From the IMG/VR virus record IMGVR_UViG_3300024308_000018, positions 1 to 64,000 of that record: a stretch of DNA of 64,000 nt; one strand, 5' to 3'. The position numbers were made by a program, and so were the translations under genes. Shown here one piece after another: positions 19,084-27,870 of the stretch. The first letter of the stretch is position 1, and every line of letters begins with the position of its first letter. Below the pieces are notes generated by a model. It ran no database searches and had not been told where the DNA came from. It saw only the letters and a list, made by a program, of their open reading frames with translations.

Positions 19084-20250
19084 TCAGTCTACACTGCAAT
19101 TGGAGGAAGATTCACTGCCCCAGCTTGTGGACGGGGAGGCGTCTCGACAAACAGGGGACGGGTCGGGCTCGCGATAGGTCGGCGTCGGGTCGGGAGCGCG
19201 GTAGCACGGCTCAGGGTCAGCAATGCTGAGGCCGTGCGCAATGTCATTGGCAACCGCGTCATCACCTGCACGTCCAAGTTTGAACGCGGGGCTTTCGTGC
19301 GGTGAGCTAACGAGATTGTCAGCGATGGAGGCCGCCAGTGCGACATCAGCAATCGTCATGCCATCCTGTTGCCGAACGTTGCCATGGTAGTGAATGCGCG
19401 TGAGATCAATGTGGTTGATAGAGTAAGTGTCGGGAGCTTGCGCGCTTGTGCGTCCTGTCGAGGTGGGCCCCGCTGGTGCATTACGACGCGGGGCTTCTGC
19501 CCGCTCCTTCGGTTTCCACGCCGGAACTTCCATAGTGCCTTCGAAGTATTCCGGCACGCGATCATAAAAGGAAGTGAAGCCGATGCGATTGTCGATAACT
19601 GCTGGGATACCGATAACGAACGACAAGTGCCCGGACGGGGACAGCAGCGTGAGGATCATTGAACGCAACAAACGCACGGTAGTCACCAGACCTATGTGGG
19701 GAGGTAGGTTGGCTTTAATCAGGTTGGTCAGCGCAATGACTTCCGACGGTAGCCACTTGCCATCGACAATGGGAGGACGGCAGTTATTTTTGCAGTAGCT
19801 GGACGCGGTTGGTGCGGCGTTCGTGTAGCGTCCGGACACATGCCCGTAGACATGCGGAGTCTGTGTAGCAACCAGAGCAGAGAACATGAAAGCATTGTGG
19901 GCGAACCGCGCGGGTAGCACCTGCACTTTCTGACTGAAAGGGATCCAGCTTGTACGTTCCCAGCATGCTTGCTTGGTCAGCAGCTTGAGCAAGCGATTGC
20001 GGCGCTCGGCATCTGTGGGAACCCAGAACTCAACGAACGCCTTCAGTTGGTCGTCGGCACTGGTTATGCCTTTGAGGTGACGATGCGTAATGTCCAACGC
20101 TACGTCAATCGGGTGATGCAGCATCCACGTTGCATGACGCTTCTTTACCTCGGCCTCGCTGCGGGGAATTGCGTGCAGCTGATCCCAGAACTCGTCTGCA
20201 AGGTTGATGGGGCGAGGCGGGGCTGACAGACTGCGGAACAATGTTCTCAT
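19084..20250 (-). CDS. Hypothetical protein with a Pro/Ser-rich disordered tail
   Basis: Start revised to ATG 20250 (GGAG RBS); begins MRTLFRSLSA. Confidence 0.7.
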   Translation of the reverse strand: MRTLFRSLSAPPRPINLADEFWDQLHAIPRSEAEVKKRHATWMLHHPIDVALDITHRHLKGITSADDQLKAFVEFWVPTDAERRNRLLKLLTKQACWERTSWIPFSQKVQVLPARFAHNAFMFSALVATQTPHVYGHVSGRYTNAAPTASSYCKNNCRPPIVDGKWLPSEVIALTNLIKANLPPHIGLVTTVRLLRSMILTLLSPSGHLSFVIGIPAVIDNRIGFTSFYDRVPEYFEGTMEVPAWKPKERAEAPRRNAPAGPTSTGRTSAQAPDTYSINHIDLTRIHYHGNVRQQDGMTIADVALAASIADNLVSSPHESPAFKLGRAGDDAVANDIAHGLSIADPEPCYRAPDPTPTYREPDPSPVCRDASPSTSWGSESSSNCSVD

Positions 20251-20265
20251 GATGATCTCCAATGG

Positions 20266-20297
20266 AAAAAGGGTAGCAGGTTGCCCCACTACCCTTT
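20266..20297 (-). terminator. Rho-independent terminator closing the tagged-effector operon
   Basis: Minus strand aaagggtagtgg-ggcaa-cctgctacccttttt. Confidence 0.8.
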
Positions 20298-20305
20298 GTT
20301 TACAG
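20298..20305 (-). promoter_or_regulatory. CTGTAAAC putative promoter element abutting the terminator
   Basis: Exact motif, intergenic, immediately 5' of the hairpin. Confidence 0.6.
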
Positions 20306-20312
20306 ATTTGCG

Positions 20313-22520
20313 TTACATAGTGCCCAGCCCAGAATTGAGCAGCATGCGCACGGCAGCAGGGTTGAAGTCTGCACCGAATCTGTCACGCAATTCCTCTTCG
20401 ATAGTGACGCCATGTTCCTGTGCATCTTCCACCGACTCTTGAACGTTGTACGCTGCTTGCATCAGCGGGAACATTCGGGCCACACGCAAGAACGACGGAA
20501 CGTTGCGGAGAGCTTGCTTCAGCAACGTCAGCATCTTGTTGGCGGTCTTCGGGTCAGCAGCGATTGCATTCATTACCGATCCGAAGGGGCCGCCATTGAA
20601 GTCCTCGGTGTTTGCCAGCGCCATGATACGAACGGGAGCAGCAGAAATCCACGACGTGATTCCAAGCGCGCCCTCAATTTCGCCGCGACCCCCGCTGCCG
20701 TTCAATAGCACGTCGAGACCGATCATTGCCATGGCGGGCTCAGTCCACAGCGCGTCCGGAATAGCATGGAAGAACTCGGGCCCATACTGCGGGCCTGACA
20801 TTGCTCCCTCAAAGGGAAGCATCAGCTTCACCATGAAGTTGCCACGTTTGGTTTCGTCCTTCATGTAATCCGCAATGCGCTTTGCAAGGTACGGACGCAT
20901 AGCGCTGATTGCCGTGTCGTTGGTGTCGTTGGCATACGTGCTATGCACCAGCAACGGCATCAGGTAGCTACCACGGAAAGCAGTCGCCCACTTGTCGGCA
21001 GGCATGCGCTCAATCAGCAGCTTCATCGTTGCTGGGCTGTGCGTACTGCCAGTCGACCGTCCCCTTACAAACTCGTTGTTGGCGGCTTCGACGAACTTCT
21101 TGAACATTGCGGGCATCTTGGTGTCGGGAGCAAGTGCGGCCTCGTAATACGGCGGCAGCTCGTCGACACCTTCATCCGCCCACGTCCGCTTCAAGATTTT
21201 GAGTTCGGCCTTGGTGAGGGTAACGCGGTGCCAGTTGTTGTGCGTGTCGGTCGTCATCAGTGACAACGCCTTCGCCGGAGAGATCCCAAACTTCGGAGCC
21301 GCGTCGAGCAGCGGACGACTGGCTTCCACATCCATCAGCATGGTGTAGAGGCGGGACATTGAAATGTCGCGTTCGGCGCGTACCGTGGAGGCCGCAACCT
21401 TGAACGCGTCAATCTCCGACAGCAGCTTCTGGCCCATCAGAGCGGATACCCGCAGCAGCGCAAGCGCGTCGTGCGTTACGAACGTGCTCGGGTTGTGGCA
21501 ATATCCGCGCGCTGCGATTTCCGCACAGTCCTTATAGGCGAGCGTGACCGCGTTGTCCTCGACGAGGATTCGGATCTTGCGCACGGCGCTCTCGGCCAGC
21601 CGCATATCCATCTCTTTCGAGTTGATCGCGTTGACCAGAGCGTAGAACTCGGACGCATCGGAACCGAACTTGGTCTCGAACATCCCCAACTCTTCCACTA
21701 CGGATTTGGGATTGGCGCGCAGCGACTTTTCCAACTCCTTCAGCGCGGTTGCCGGATCGTAGTTGTCATTGACTACAGTCTTGCGTCCATCGTTGTAGAG
21801 GTCGTCGAGCAGATCCATCGTCATGCCGTAGGGGATGCCGAAGTACGTTGCGTTCACTTCACTGCACCACTTACGCACGGTGTCGAAGAACAGTTGCGAA
21901 CGGGCGCCGTAAATGCCGGACGGGAACAGGCCCTTCTTGCCGTTCTCTGCACGATAGACACGCAGCAAGATACGGGCGCTCGGGCGCTGCAAGTTCAGGT
22001 CGTCTTTGCCCACAAGGTACGCGATGATCGATCCCTGAATGATGTCGTCCTTGACGTACTTGGCGTTGGAGCCGCCGACAAGGTGCATGCAGCTTACCCA
22101 ACCACGATCTGTCGACATGCCCGCCACGTCGTAAGGGTGGCGGGAGATCACGATCATCTGATTGCCTGACGCCGCGTTGCGTGCGTTACTACGCGACTTG
22201 TCGTTGGCGAACACCTTCTGCAACTCCGGCGTCAGCAGCTTACCGATCTTGATGCGACGTTTACCGCTGGCGTCCACGGCGATCCCCGTGATGTAGTCCT
22301 CGACAACGTAACCCTTTTCCGCAACTGACTTCTGGATTGCTTCAGGTACTGGGGCGTAAGCCACACGTTTTGCACCAGCCACTAGCGGCAAGTGGATGCG
22401 GTAGTTATTACGGTCACCAGTGTACTTGCGAAACAGATCGGCGTAGCGTTCTTTGTTCCACCCCTTCACGTACTGTCGGTATTGGCTGGGTTTCAGCGCC
22501 GACGTTGAGATGTTGATCAT
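20313..22520 (-). CDS. Putative internal virion protein (735 aa): conserved N-domain with RGW.SCM motif plus unique C-region
   Basis: The first ~245 aa align with 22524..25169 (SRHPYDVAGMSTDRGW.SCM, IAYLV, ARIL.RV, GLFPSG.YG, KWCSEVN). Begins MINISTSA. Confidence 0.7.
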   Translation of the reverse strand: MINISTSALKPSQYRQYVKGWNKERYADLFRKYTGDRNNYRIHLPLVAGAKRVAYAPVPEAIQKSVAEKGYVVEDYITGIAVDASGKRRIKIGKLLTPELQKVFANDKSRSNARNAASGNQMIVISRHPYDVAGMSTDRGWVSCMHLVGGSNAKYVKDDIIQGSIIAYLVGKDDLNLQRPSARILLRVYRAENGKKGLFPSGIYGARSQLFFDTVRKWCSEVNATYFGIPYGMTMDLLDDLYNDGRKTVVNDNYDPATALKELEKSLRANPKSVVEELGMFETKFGSDASEFYALVNAINSKEMDMRLAESAVRKIRILVEDNAVTLAYKDCAEIAARGYCHNPSTFVTHDALALLRVSALMGQKLLSEIDAFKVAASTVRAERDISMSRLYTMLMDVEASRPLLDAAPKFGISPAKALSLMTTDTHNNWHRVTLTKAELKILKRTWADEGVDELPPYYEAALAPDTKMPAMFKKFVEAANNEFVRGRSTGSTHSPATMKLLIERMPADKWATAFRGSYLMPLLVHSTYANDTNDTAISAMRPYLAKRIADYMKDETKRGNFMVKLMLPFEGAMSGPQYGPEFFHAIPDALWTEPAMAMIGLDVLLNGSGGRGEIEGALGITSWISAAPVRIMALANTEDFNGGPFGSVMNAIAADPKTANKMLTLLKQALRNVPSFLRVARMFPLMQAAYNVQESVEDAQEHGVTIEEELRDRFGADFNPAAVRMLLNSGLGTM

Positions 22521-22523
22521 TGA

Positions 22524-25169
22524 TTACTCCTGTGCCAGTCCAATAAGGGCTGCGGCGTAACGGGTGACGTCAGCCGGATTTGGCTTACGGGGCGAGAGGC
22601 GGCGGCGAAGTCCCGGCTCAATCGCGAGTTCGACACGACGCTGTAGCGAGACGTCTTCTTCGAAGTCTTCCTCTTCGTCAGCCACCAAGCGGTCAATCAT
22701 GCTTTGGATGCCTGCTTTGACTTTGTAGGTAAAGGTCTCGTTACCTATGGCAGCACGCAGCTTAGGCGGCAGCTTCGCCATGAAGGCGGTAACGCCCTCT
22801 TCCAGCTGCTTCCATGCAGGGCTCGCGATAGTGTCGAGCAGCTGGATCGGCAGTAACCGCTCGATGTAGTCGATGCGCCCTTTGTCGTCAAAGTCTTCGC
22901 TATCGAAGATGTAGTGCAGGGCCAGCAGCATCTCCATCTCTGGAGTCCGCCGCTTCGGCAACGCTGCCGTCAGTATCCGAGCAGAGTCAATACCTAGCGC
23001 ATGGTCGCACCCAGTAACGAAAGGAATTGCCACCATCAGATACGGAGCAAGCGGAGATCCCAGCGCCACAATCTGCGTATGCGACAGACCATGATACGAG
23101 ATGTCGACCTCGTTGTTCGGGTCGTGGGAGTTGAACATCTTCTCCATAGTGACCAACGCTGCATCTTCGGTGCTGATACTTGCGATCATTGCCGCGCGCA
23201 TAGTCTTGGACAATTTCTTGAACAGTGCGCTGTTGCCGAAGAGTGGGCTGCTCTTACGTGTGTGCATCAGGCCGCGCTTCTCCCCAGTGTAGAGGGATTC
23301 CGCAACACGAATCAGAATATCACTGCCGAGCAATGCGGGGTCTGAAGGTGCAGCCGCCGTCCATTCTTCAATGAACTTGGCTACGTTGTATCCCTCGCGG
23401 CGGATATGGGCGGCCAGCAACGCAACAGCGATGGAGGTTTTGTTGCCTGCCTTCAGGGTCTCAATCACCGATTCCAGACTCTTGGCGTTTAGGGCGGAGC
23501 GCAAGGTTCCCACAGATCTGCTCATGGGCATGGCGTTCACGCGAGCGAACGCAATAAACTCCGGCTTCGGATTGAACTGGGGAGCGTAGCTAATGCGCAT
23601 ACCGCTGATGTCCACAAGCCCATCCTTACCAACTTGCTTGAGCAGCTGCTTGATCGTAATGCGGCCTCGGCAGTAGTTGGCAAACTGTGCGAGCAGGTAG
23701 TCGTCGGATCCTTCTTCAAAGGACGCTGCAAGTTTCTTTGCATCCTCTTCTTCAAGGTAGAGGCCGAACAGAAGGTCGGCAACATTGGCCCCATCCCGAT
23801 CAGAAAGAGCGTCGACGTATGACGGCTCGTTCGAATAGATGTTCTCACCCTGATACTGCGCTAACTTGAACAGGTCTTTGATGAAGGTGACGACATCATC
23901 TCCGGAGTACGGGCTACTCTTGAAGTGATCGGAGGACAGACTAAACACCAGTGACTCAAAGCCTTTAATCTCCATCCACGTGTTAAACTGCTTGAAGACT
24001 TTGATGTTCGGCTCCCGCTTCGTCGCATTGGTGCGGGCCAGCGAGATCATCTGGGCGATGCAGCTAGTCAGGTACTCACGACTTGCGTCCGGCAGTCGCT
24101 GCACGTTGGTTATCAAGTTCTGGTCGCGCAGATGAATCATAGCACGCGGCACAAACACCGAACGTATGGCTTTCACCGAAGAGGGGTACTTGGCCTCGAA
24201 CACCTTGGCAGATTGAATAACGCTGTCTGCTTGCTTGGCGCTGGCATCGTATGAATTTGGATCAAACCCAGCGGCGCGCGCTTCACGGTCTGCCATGTTG
24301 TCCACGAGAACCACATAGGTATTGCGAAGTACCGCTTCTGAAATTTTGGATGGTGCGGTAGGTGCGTCGAGCAACGTGCGGATATTGGCAGCAGCGGTAT
24401 CCTCTTGCGGCAGGTGCGTCTCACGGGTCGCTGAGTCCGGATACAGCGACGAGAGCATTTTCATGGTCGTGCCGTAGGGGATCTTGAAGAACTTGGAGTT
24501 CACTTCACTGCACCACTTGGAGACCGTTAGGGCAAACGCGTCCGGCGCAGTTCCGTACACTCCTGACGGGAACAGTCCGATCTTGCCCTTGGCCTTGAAC
24601 ACGCGCATCAGGATTCTGGCTTTAGGTGACTGGATATTCAAGTCAGTGGCATCGACAAGATACGCAATGAGCGAGCCTTCTTTGACATCCTTGTTGACGT
24701 AGTGCTTGTTCTGACCGTCGATCAGATTCATGCAGCTAGTCCAGCCACGGTCAGTCGACATGCCAGCAACGTCATAAGGGTGACGCGAAATAACAACGGT
24801 CAGAGCACCAGACTTCTGCTTTGCCGCGCCCCGGCGTTTGTCGTTAGCAAACTCCTGCGCCACGTCGGAAGACTTCAGGATCTTACCGATGCGCACGCGG
24901 CGTTTACCAGTAGCGGAGTCCACGGCATAACCGCCGATGTAATCGTCAACGATGTAGCCAGCAGATTCCACGGCGGCCTTGACTGACGGCAGCGGCTCCA
25001 CTGGCTTTGCATCACGCGCTAAGGTCTTAGCAAGAGGCAGTGAGAAGCGGTATGCTTTAGGATCCGAAGTGTAGGCAGCAAATATGTCTGCGTACCGTCC
25101 CTTATCCCAGCCGCGCACAAACTTGCGATACTGGCTCGGCTTCAACGCCGATGTTGAAATATGAAGCAT
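22524..25169 (-). CDS. Putative internal virion protein (881 aa), paralogue of 20313..22520
   Basis: Same N-domain with an unrelated helical C-region. Begins MLHISTSA. Confidence 0.7.
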   Translation of the reverse strand: MLHISTSALKPSQYRKFVRGWDKGRYADIFAAYTSDPKAYRFSLPLAKTLARDAKPVEPLPSVKAAVESAGYIVDDYIGGYAVDSATGKRRVRIGKILKSSDVAQEFANDKRRGAAKQKSGALTVVISRHPYDVAGMSTDRGWTSCMNLIDGQNKHYVNKDVKEGSLIAYLVDATDLNIQSPKARILMRVFKAKGKIGLFPSGVYGTAPDAFALTVSKWCSEVNSKFFKIPYGTTMKMLSSLYPDSATRETHLPQEDTAAANIRTLLDAPTAPSKISEAVLRNTYVVLVDNMADREARAAGFDPNSYDASAKQADSVIQSAKVFEAKYPSSVKAIRSVFVPRAMIHLRDQNLITNVQRLPDASREYLTSCIAQMISLARTNATKREPNIKVFKQFNTWMEIKGFESLVFSLSSDHFKSSPYSGDDVVTFIKDLFKLAQYQGENIYSNEPSYVDALSDRDGANVADLLFGLYLEEEDAKKLAASFEEGSDDYLLAQFANYCRGRITIKQLLKQVGKDGLVDISGMRISYAPQFNPKPEFIAFARVNAMPMSRSVGTLRSALNAKSLESVIETLKAGNKTSIAVALLAAHIRREGYNVAKFIEEWTAAAPSDPALLGSDILIRVAESLYTGEKRGLMHTRKSSPLFGNSALFKKLSKTMRAAMIASISTEDAALVTMEKMFNSHDPNNEVDISYHGLSHTQIVALGSPLAPYLMVAIPFVTGCDHALGIDSARILTAALPKRRTPEMEMLLALHYIFDSEDFDDKGRIDYIERLLPIQLLDTIASPAWKQLEEGVTAFMAKLPPKLRAAIGNETFTYKVKAGIQSMIDRLVADEEEDFEEDVSLQRRVELAIEPGLRRRLSPRKPNPADVTRYAAALIGLAQE

Positions 25170-25178
25170 GGAATTTCC

Positions 25179-26018
25179 TTACAGCGCGTTCAGGGAGCCG
25201 ATATAGAGAACCTTATACAGCTTGCCAGTGGCCTTGTCGGTGACGACCTTCTCAACCAAGTTGCAATTGACGCCGTGACTGCGGTAGTGAGCAGCAATGT
25301 TGCTCGGACGTGCGACGCCCGTGGCGCTGTACTGAGTTGCACTGCCGAGGTTGATGCCACACACGCGGCACTTGGCGAACCCACGGAACTCAACAGCTTT
25401 GACTGACTTGAAGGCAATGGTCGGTGCCGAGCCCATCATGGCGAACAGGTCAGAGCGCGGAATCGTACCGTATAGGGTCTTGACCTTGCGAGTGACTGGG
25501 CCGTAGGCGAACGGCCAGAACATGAGGTGCGTGCCAGTATCGGTCTTCACTTCCTTGATAGCCAGCAACGCGGTGCCGAGCGCAATCACTTTCTTGGCGA
25601 GCGCCGTGCCATACTTGGCGGTGACTTCGGCGCGCTGCTCCTTGGTCAACTTGGCTGGGGCCTTCGCCTTGAACTTGATTTGCTTGCGCGCCTGTTCAGA
25701 TCCGGCCTTGGGGCCTATGGCCGCGAGCTTGGCTTTCAGCATATCGCCGCGCTTGGAGGCAGTCGTGCTTTGGGTGGAAGTAAGTCGGGCACCTACGCGA
25801 GGGGCGGGAAATTCCAGAAGCATTTTGCCGTCGTGTTTGACGAACACGTGGCCGCCTTGCTGGTCGTAAGTGATCACAACGTTATCGCCAGATGCAGTGT
25901 ACTTGGTGCCTCGCTTGGATGTTTTGATTCCAGACAGGCCAGCACGCTGTGCAATGATGCGCGCGAACAACTCGGGAGGGGTAGGCAGGTTGGCTGAGAT
26001 TGACAGTTGAATTTTCAT
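25179..26018 (-). CDS. Putative internal virion protein with a C-terminal Zn-binding (CxxC...HxxxH) domain
   Basis: Begins MKIQLSISA; basic; contains RG...CRVC...HYRSH. Confidence 0.65.
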   Translation of the reverse strand: MKIQLSISANLPTPPELFARIIAQRAGLSGIKTSKRGTKYTASGDNVVITYDQQGGHVFVKHDGKMLLEFPAPRVGARLTSTQSTTASKRGDMLKAKLAAIGPKAGSEQARKQIKFKAKAPAKLTKEQRAEVTAKYGTALAKKVIALGTALLAIKEVKTDTGTHLMFWPFAYGPVTRKVKTLYGTIPRSDLFAMMGSAPTIAFKSVKAVEFRGFAKCRVCGINLGSATQYSATGVARPSNIAAHYRSHGVNCNLVEKVVTDKATGKLYKVLYIGSLNAL

Positions 26019-26027
26019 GACAGATCC

Positions 26028-26456
26028 TTACCAGTCGTCGGCGACTGCTGGGCTATCTTGGCGGCGACGTTCGTCAAACTTGCGGCGGTCGGCTTCGCGT
26101 CGGTTGATGATGTACTCGGCGTAGTCATGCGCAGTACGCAGACCGAACTTCTTCATCTCAAGCAAGAGACGGTCGAGGCGCGTGCGATCCTTCATCATGC
26201 GAGAGCCCGCAGCACGTGACGCATTCTGGAACGCGGCAGACAGCTGACGTTCGAGGTCTTCGGCGTAACGTAGGTAACCGAGGAATCGCTTGTCGATTCC
26301 CTTGACGTCGTAGATCGCATCGTAGGTGTCGAACTCGGGGTCAGCAGTCAGGCGCAGCACGTGAAGCGCGGAACTCAGAATAGTCTCAAGTCCACGGCCA
26401 CTGTCGCCATACTTTGGGGCGGGTGCCTGTTTGTCCACCGCTTCTTCGATAGACAA
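26028..26456 (-). CDS. Hypothetical protein or orphaned 3' gene fragment
   Basis: Protein-like 142-aa frame with only a TTG start near its 5' end. Overlaps the upstream ORF by 71 nt. Confidence 0.5.
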   Translation of the reverse strand: MSIEEAVDKQAPAPKYGDSGRGLETILSSALHVLRLTADPEFDTYDAIYDVKGIDKRFLGYLRYAEDLERQLSAAFQNASRAAGSRMMKDRTRLDRLLLEMKKFGLRTAHDYAEYIINRREADRRKFDERRRQDSPAVADDW

Positions 26457-26904
26457 GCGGCCCTTCCCTGCCGATCACGTGGTCGTAACCAGCGGCCTTG
26501 AGCATGTCGACGATGCTCTTGTCCTCCATGTACCACGCCCAGACTTTCTTGAACTTGCCAGTGTCCTTTTCAGTCATATCGAACAACTGATCCATTACGT
26601 TGCGATACTGCGCTTTGGTCATAGAGCCGCTGTTCGCTCTGTTATTCACGGCGGTCTTGATGCGGTCGAGTACGTCGGCTCGCTTTACCTCCGTGTCGAA
26701 CGTGCGGAAGCCGAAGTTGAACCCGTGGTTGACGTTCACGGAGAAGCGCATCAGGTGGCGCGGGTCACCAGCGTAACGCATTGCGTACTGACGATCAGTT
26801 GTGAGCCACACGATATGCGAGCGGTCATGAACGGCTTGGTCAAACGCAACTTGCAGGCCACGGTAATAAATCCTGTGGCCCGATAGTGAGAGTTGGATTT
26901 GCAT
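26386..26904 (-). CDS. ADP-ribosyltransferase-like protein (ART-PolyVal-like), possibly C-terminally disrupted
   Basis: YYRG, VWLTT...YA..YA and GYD.V...E motifs parallel those of the upstream ART. Begins MQIQLSLSG. The tail after GREG looks out of frame. Confidence 0.55.
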   Translation of the reverse strand: MQIQLSLSGHRIYYRGLQVAFDQAVHDRSHIVWLTTDRQYAMRYAGDPRHLMRFSVNVNHGFNFGFRTFDTEVKRADVLDRIKTAVNNRANSGSMTKAQYRNVMDQLFDMTEKDTGKFKKVWAWYMEDKSIVDMLKAAGYDHVIGREGPLVYRRSGGQTGTRPKVWRQWPWT

Positions 26905-26913
26905 CTTGGTTCC

Positions 26914-27630
26914 CTAGTCGGTGATGTCGGCAACGCGACGGTAACGTCCACTGTTACCTACAGCGGATTTGATCTGCAACGGAGAGAACACGACGTACAC
27001 GTCGCCTCCCGGTCGCCGGGCAACGACACCATCGTATCCGGTAGCCGCAGCGAAAATCTCTGGGAAGTGTCCAGCGGTAGGCTGCCCCTCGTAGAGGTCG
27101 CTCCACAACATCATCGACGCGTGAATCAGATCGTGTCCGATGTAGTTCTCGGCGTATTCGTGGATACTGCGTTGCATGCCCTGAAATTCCACGTCGTAGT
27201 TGTCGCGGATGAAGCGTTCAAGGTTGCGGCGGCCGAGGCCAGTCAACATCTTGCTTACTTGCGTGCGGGTAATCTTCGGCTGGCGGTAGAAGTCGATGGG
27301 CTTCTTGATGCGCAGGTACACGGGCATGACGTTACTGCTCTCAGGGTCAGTGCCGTCCTTTCCCGTAACGCGGTCAATCTTGTTGCGCGTGTAGGTGTTC
27401 GCCATCTCTGGCGCGCTTGTGAAGTAGTAGCCAATCCCGTACTGGTCAACGCCGGAGCCGATGTACTTGGGGTCGAACTGCTTGAATTCTTTGGGAGTGC
27501 CATGGTAACAACGCAGAGGCGCACCAGACTTGTCGCGAACCACACTTTTGCCGAACCAACGTTCGAACTTTGCAAGTTCTGCGGAGGTCAATGCCGAATA
27601 CGCTTTCGACATTGAAAGTTGGATTTTCAT
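26914..27630 (-). CDS. ADP-ribosyltransferase-like protein (ART-PolyVal family)
   Basis: F..WFG.S.V.D..G.PL..YHGT, G.G.YFT, A..Y, V.PVYL.I..P, GYDG and YVVF.P.QIKSA.GN.G match the ART domain of phage polyvalent proteins. Confidence 0.85.
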   Translation of the reverse strand: MKIQLSMSKAYSALTSAELAKFERWFGKSVVRDKSGAPLRCYHGTPKEFKQFDPKYIGSGVDQYGIGYYFTSAPEMANTYTRNKIDRVTGKDGTDPESSNVMPVYLRIKKPIDFYRQPKITRTQVSKMLTGLGRRNLERFIRDNYDVEFQGMQRSIHEYAENYIGHDLIHASMMLWSDLYEGQPTAGHFPEIFAAATGYDGVVARRPGGDVYVVFSPLQIKSAVGNSGRYRRVADITD

Positions 27631-27655
27631 CGCGATACCTCTTGGTGAATGTAGA

Positions 27656-27666
27656 GCAAAATTAGC
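27656..27666 (-). promoter_or_regulatory. Putative late promoter (GCTAATTTTGC)
   Basis: Just downstream of a terminator and 25 nt before ATG 27630 (GAGG RBS). Confidence 0.6.
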
Positions 27667-27670
27667 GACG

Positions 27671-27707
27671 GAAACGCGAAAGGGGCAGGCAAATGCCCAC
27701 CCCCTTC
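27671..27707 (-). terminator. Rho-independent terminator
   Basis: Minus strand aagggggtgggc-attt-gcctgcccctttc..gtttc. Confidence 0.7.
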
Positions 27708-27729
27708 TACAGGTTGCCTTGTTCGTCGG

Positions 27730-27870
27730 TTAGTGCGACCAGAATTCGCATGCAATACCTGCAAGAGCAACGTGCGTGCTCCTACCGCCGGAAGCGTTGG
27801 AATCTGTCCAACTCAGGTCTAGGTGTGCACCAAGGCTAATGCACGCTAAACAAATCAGGAACCAGATCAC
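27730..27870 (-). CDS. Possible 46-aa hydrophobic peptide
   Basis: GTG overlaps the upstream TGA (GTGA). Reads MIWFLICLACISLGAHLDLSW...EFWSH and fills the gap before the terminator. Confidence 0.4.
   Translation of the reverse strand: MIWFLICLACISLGAHLDLSWTDSNASGGRSTHVALAGIACEFWSH

Noticed and set aside
27700-27866. Possible tRNA or ncRNA in the apparent gap
   Set aside because: No cloverleaf or T-loop consensus seen; a coupled 46-aa ORF explains the space.
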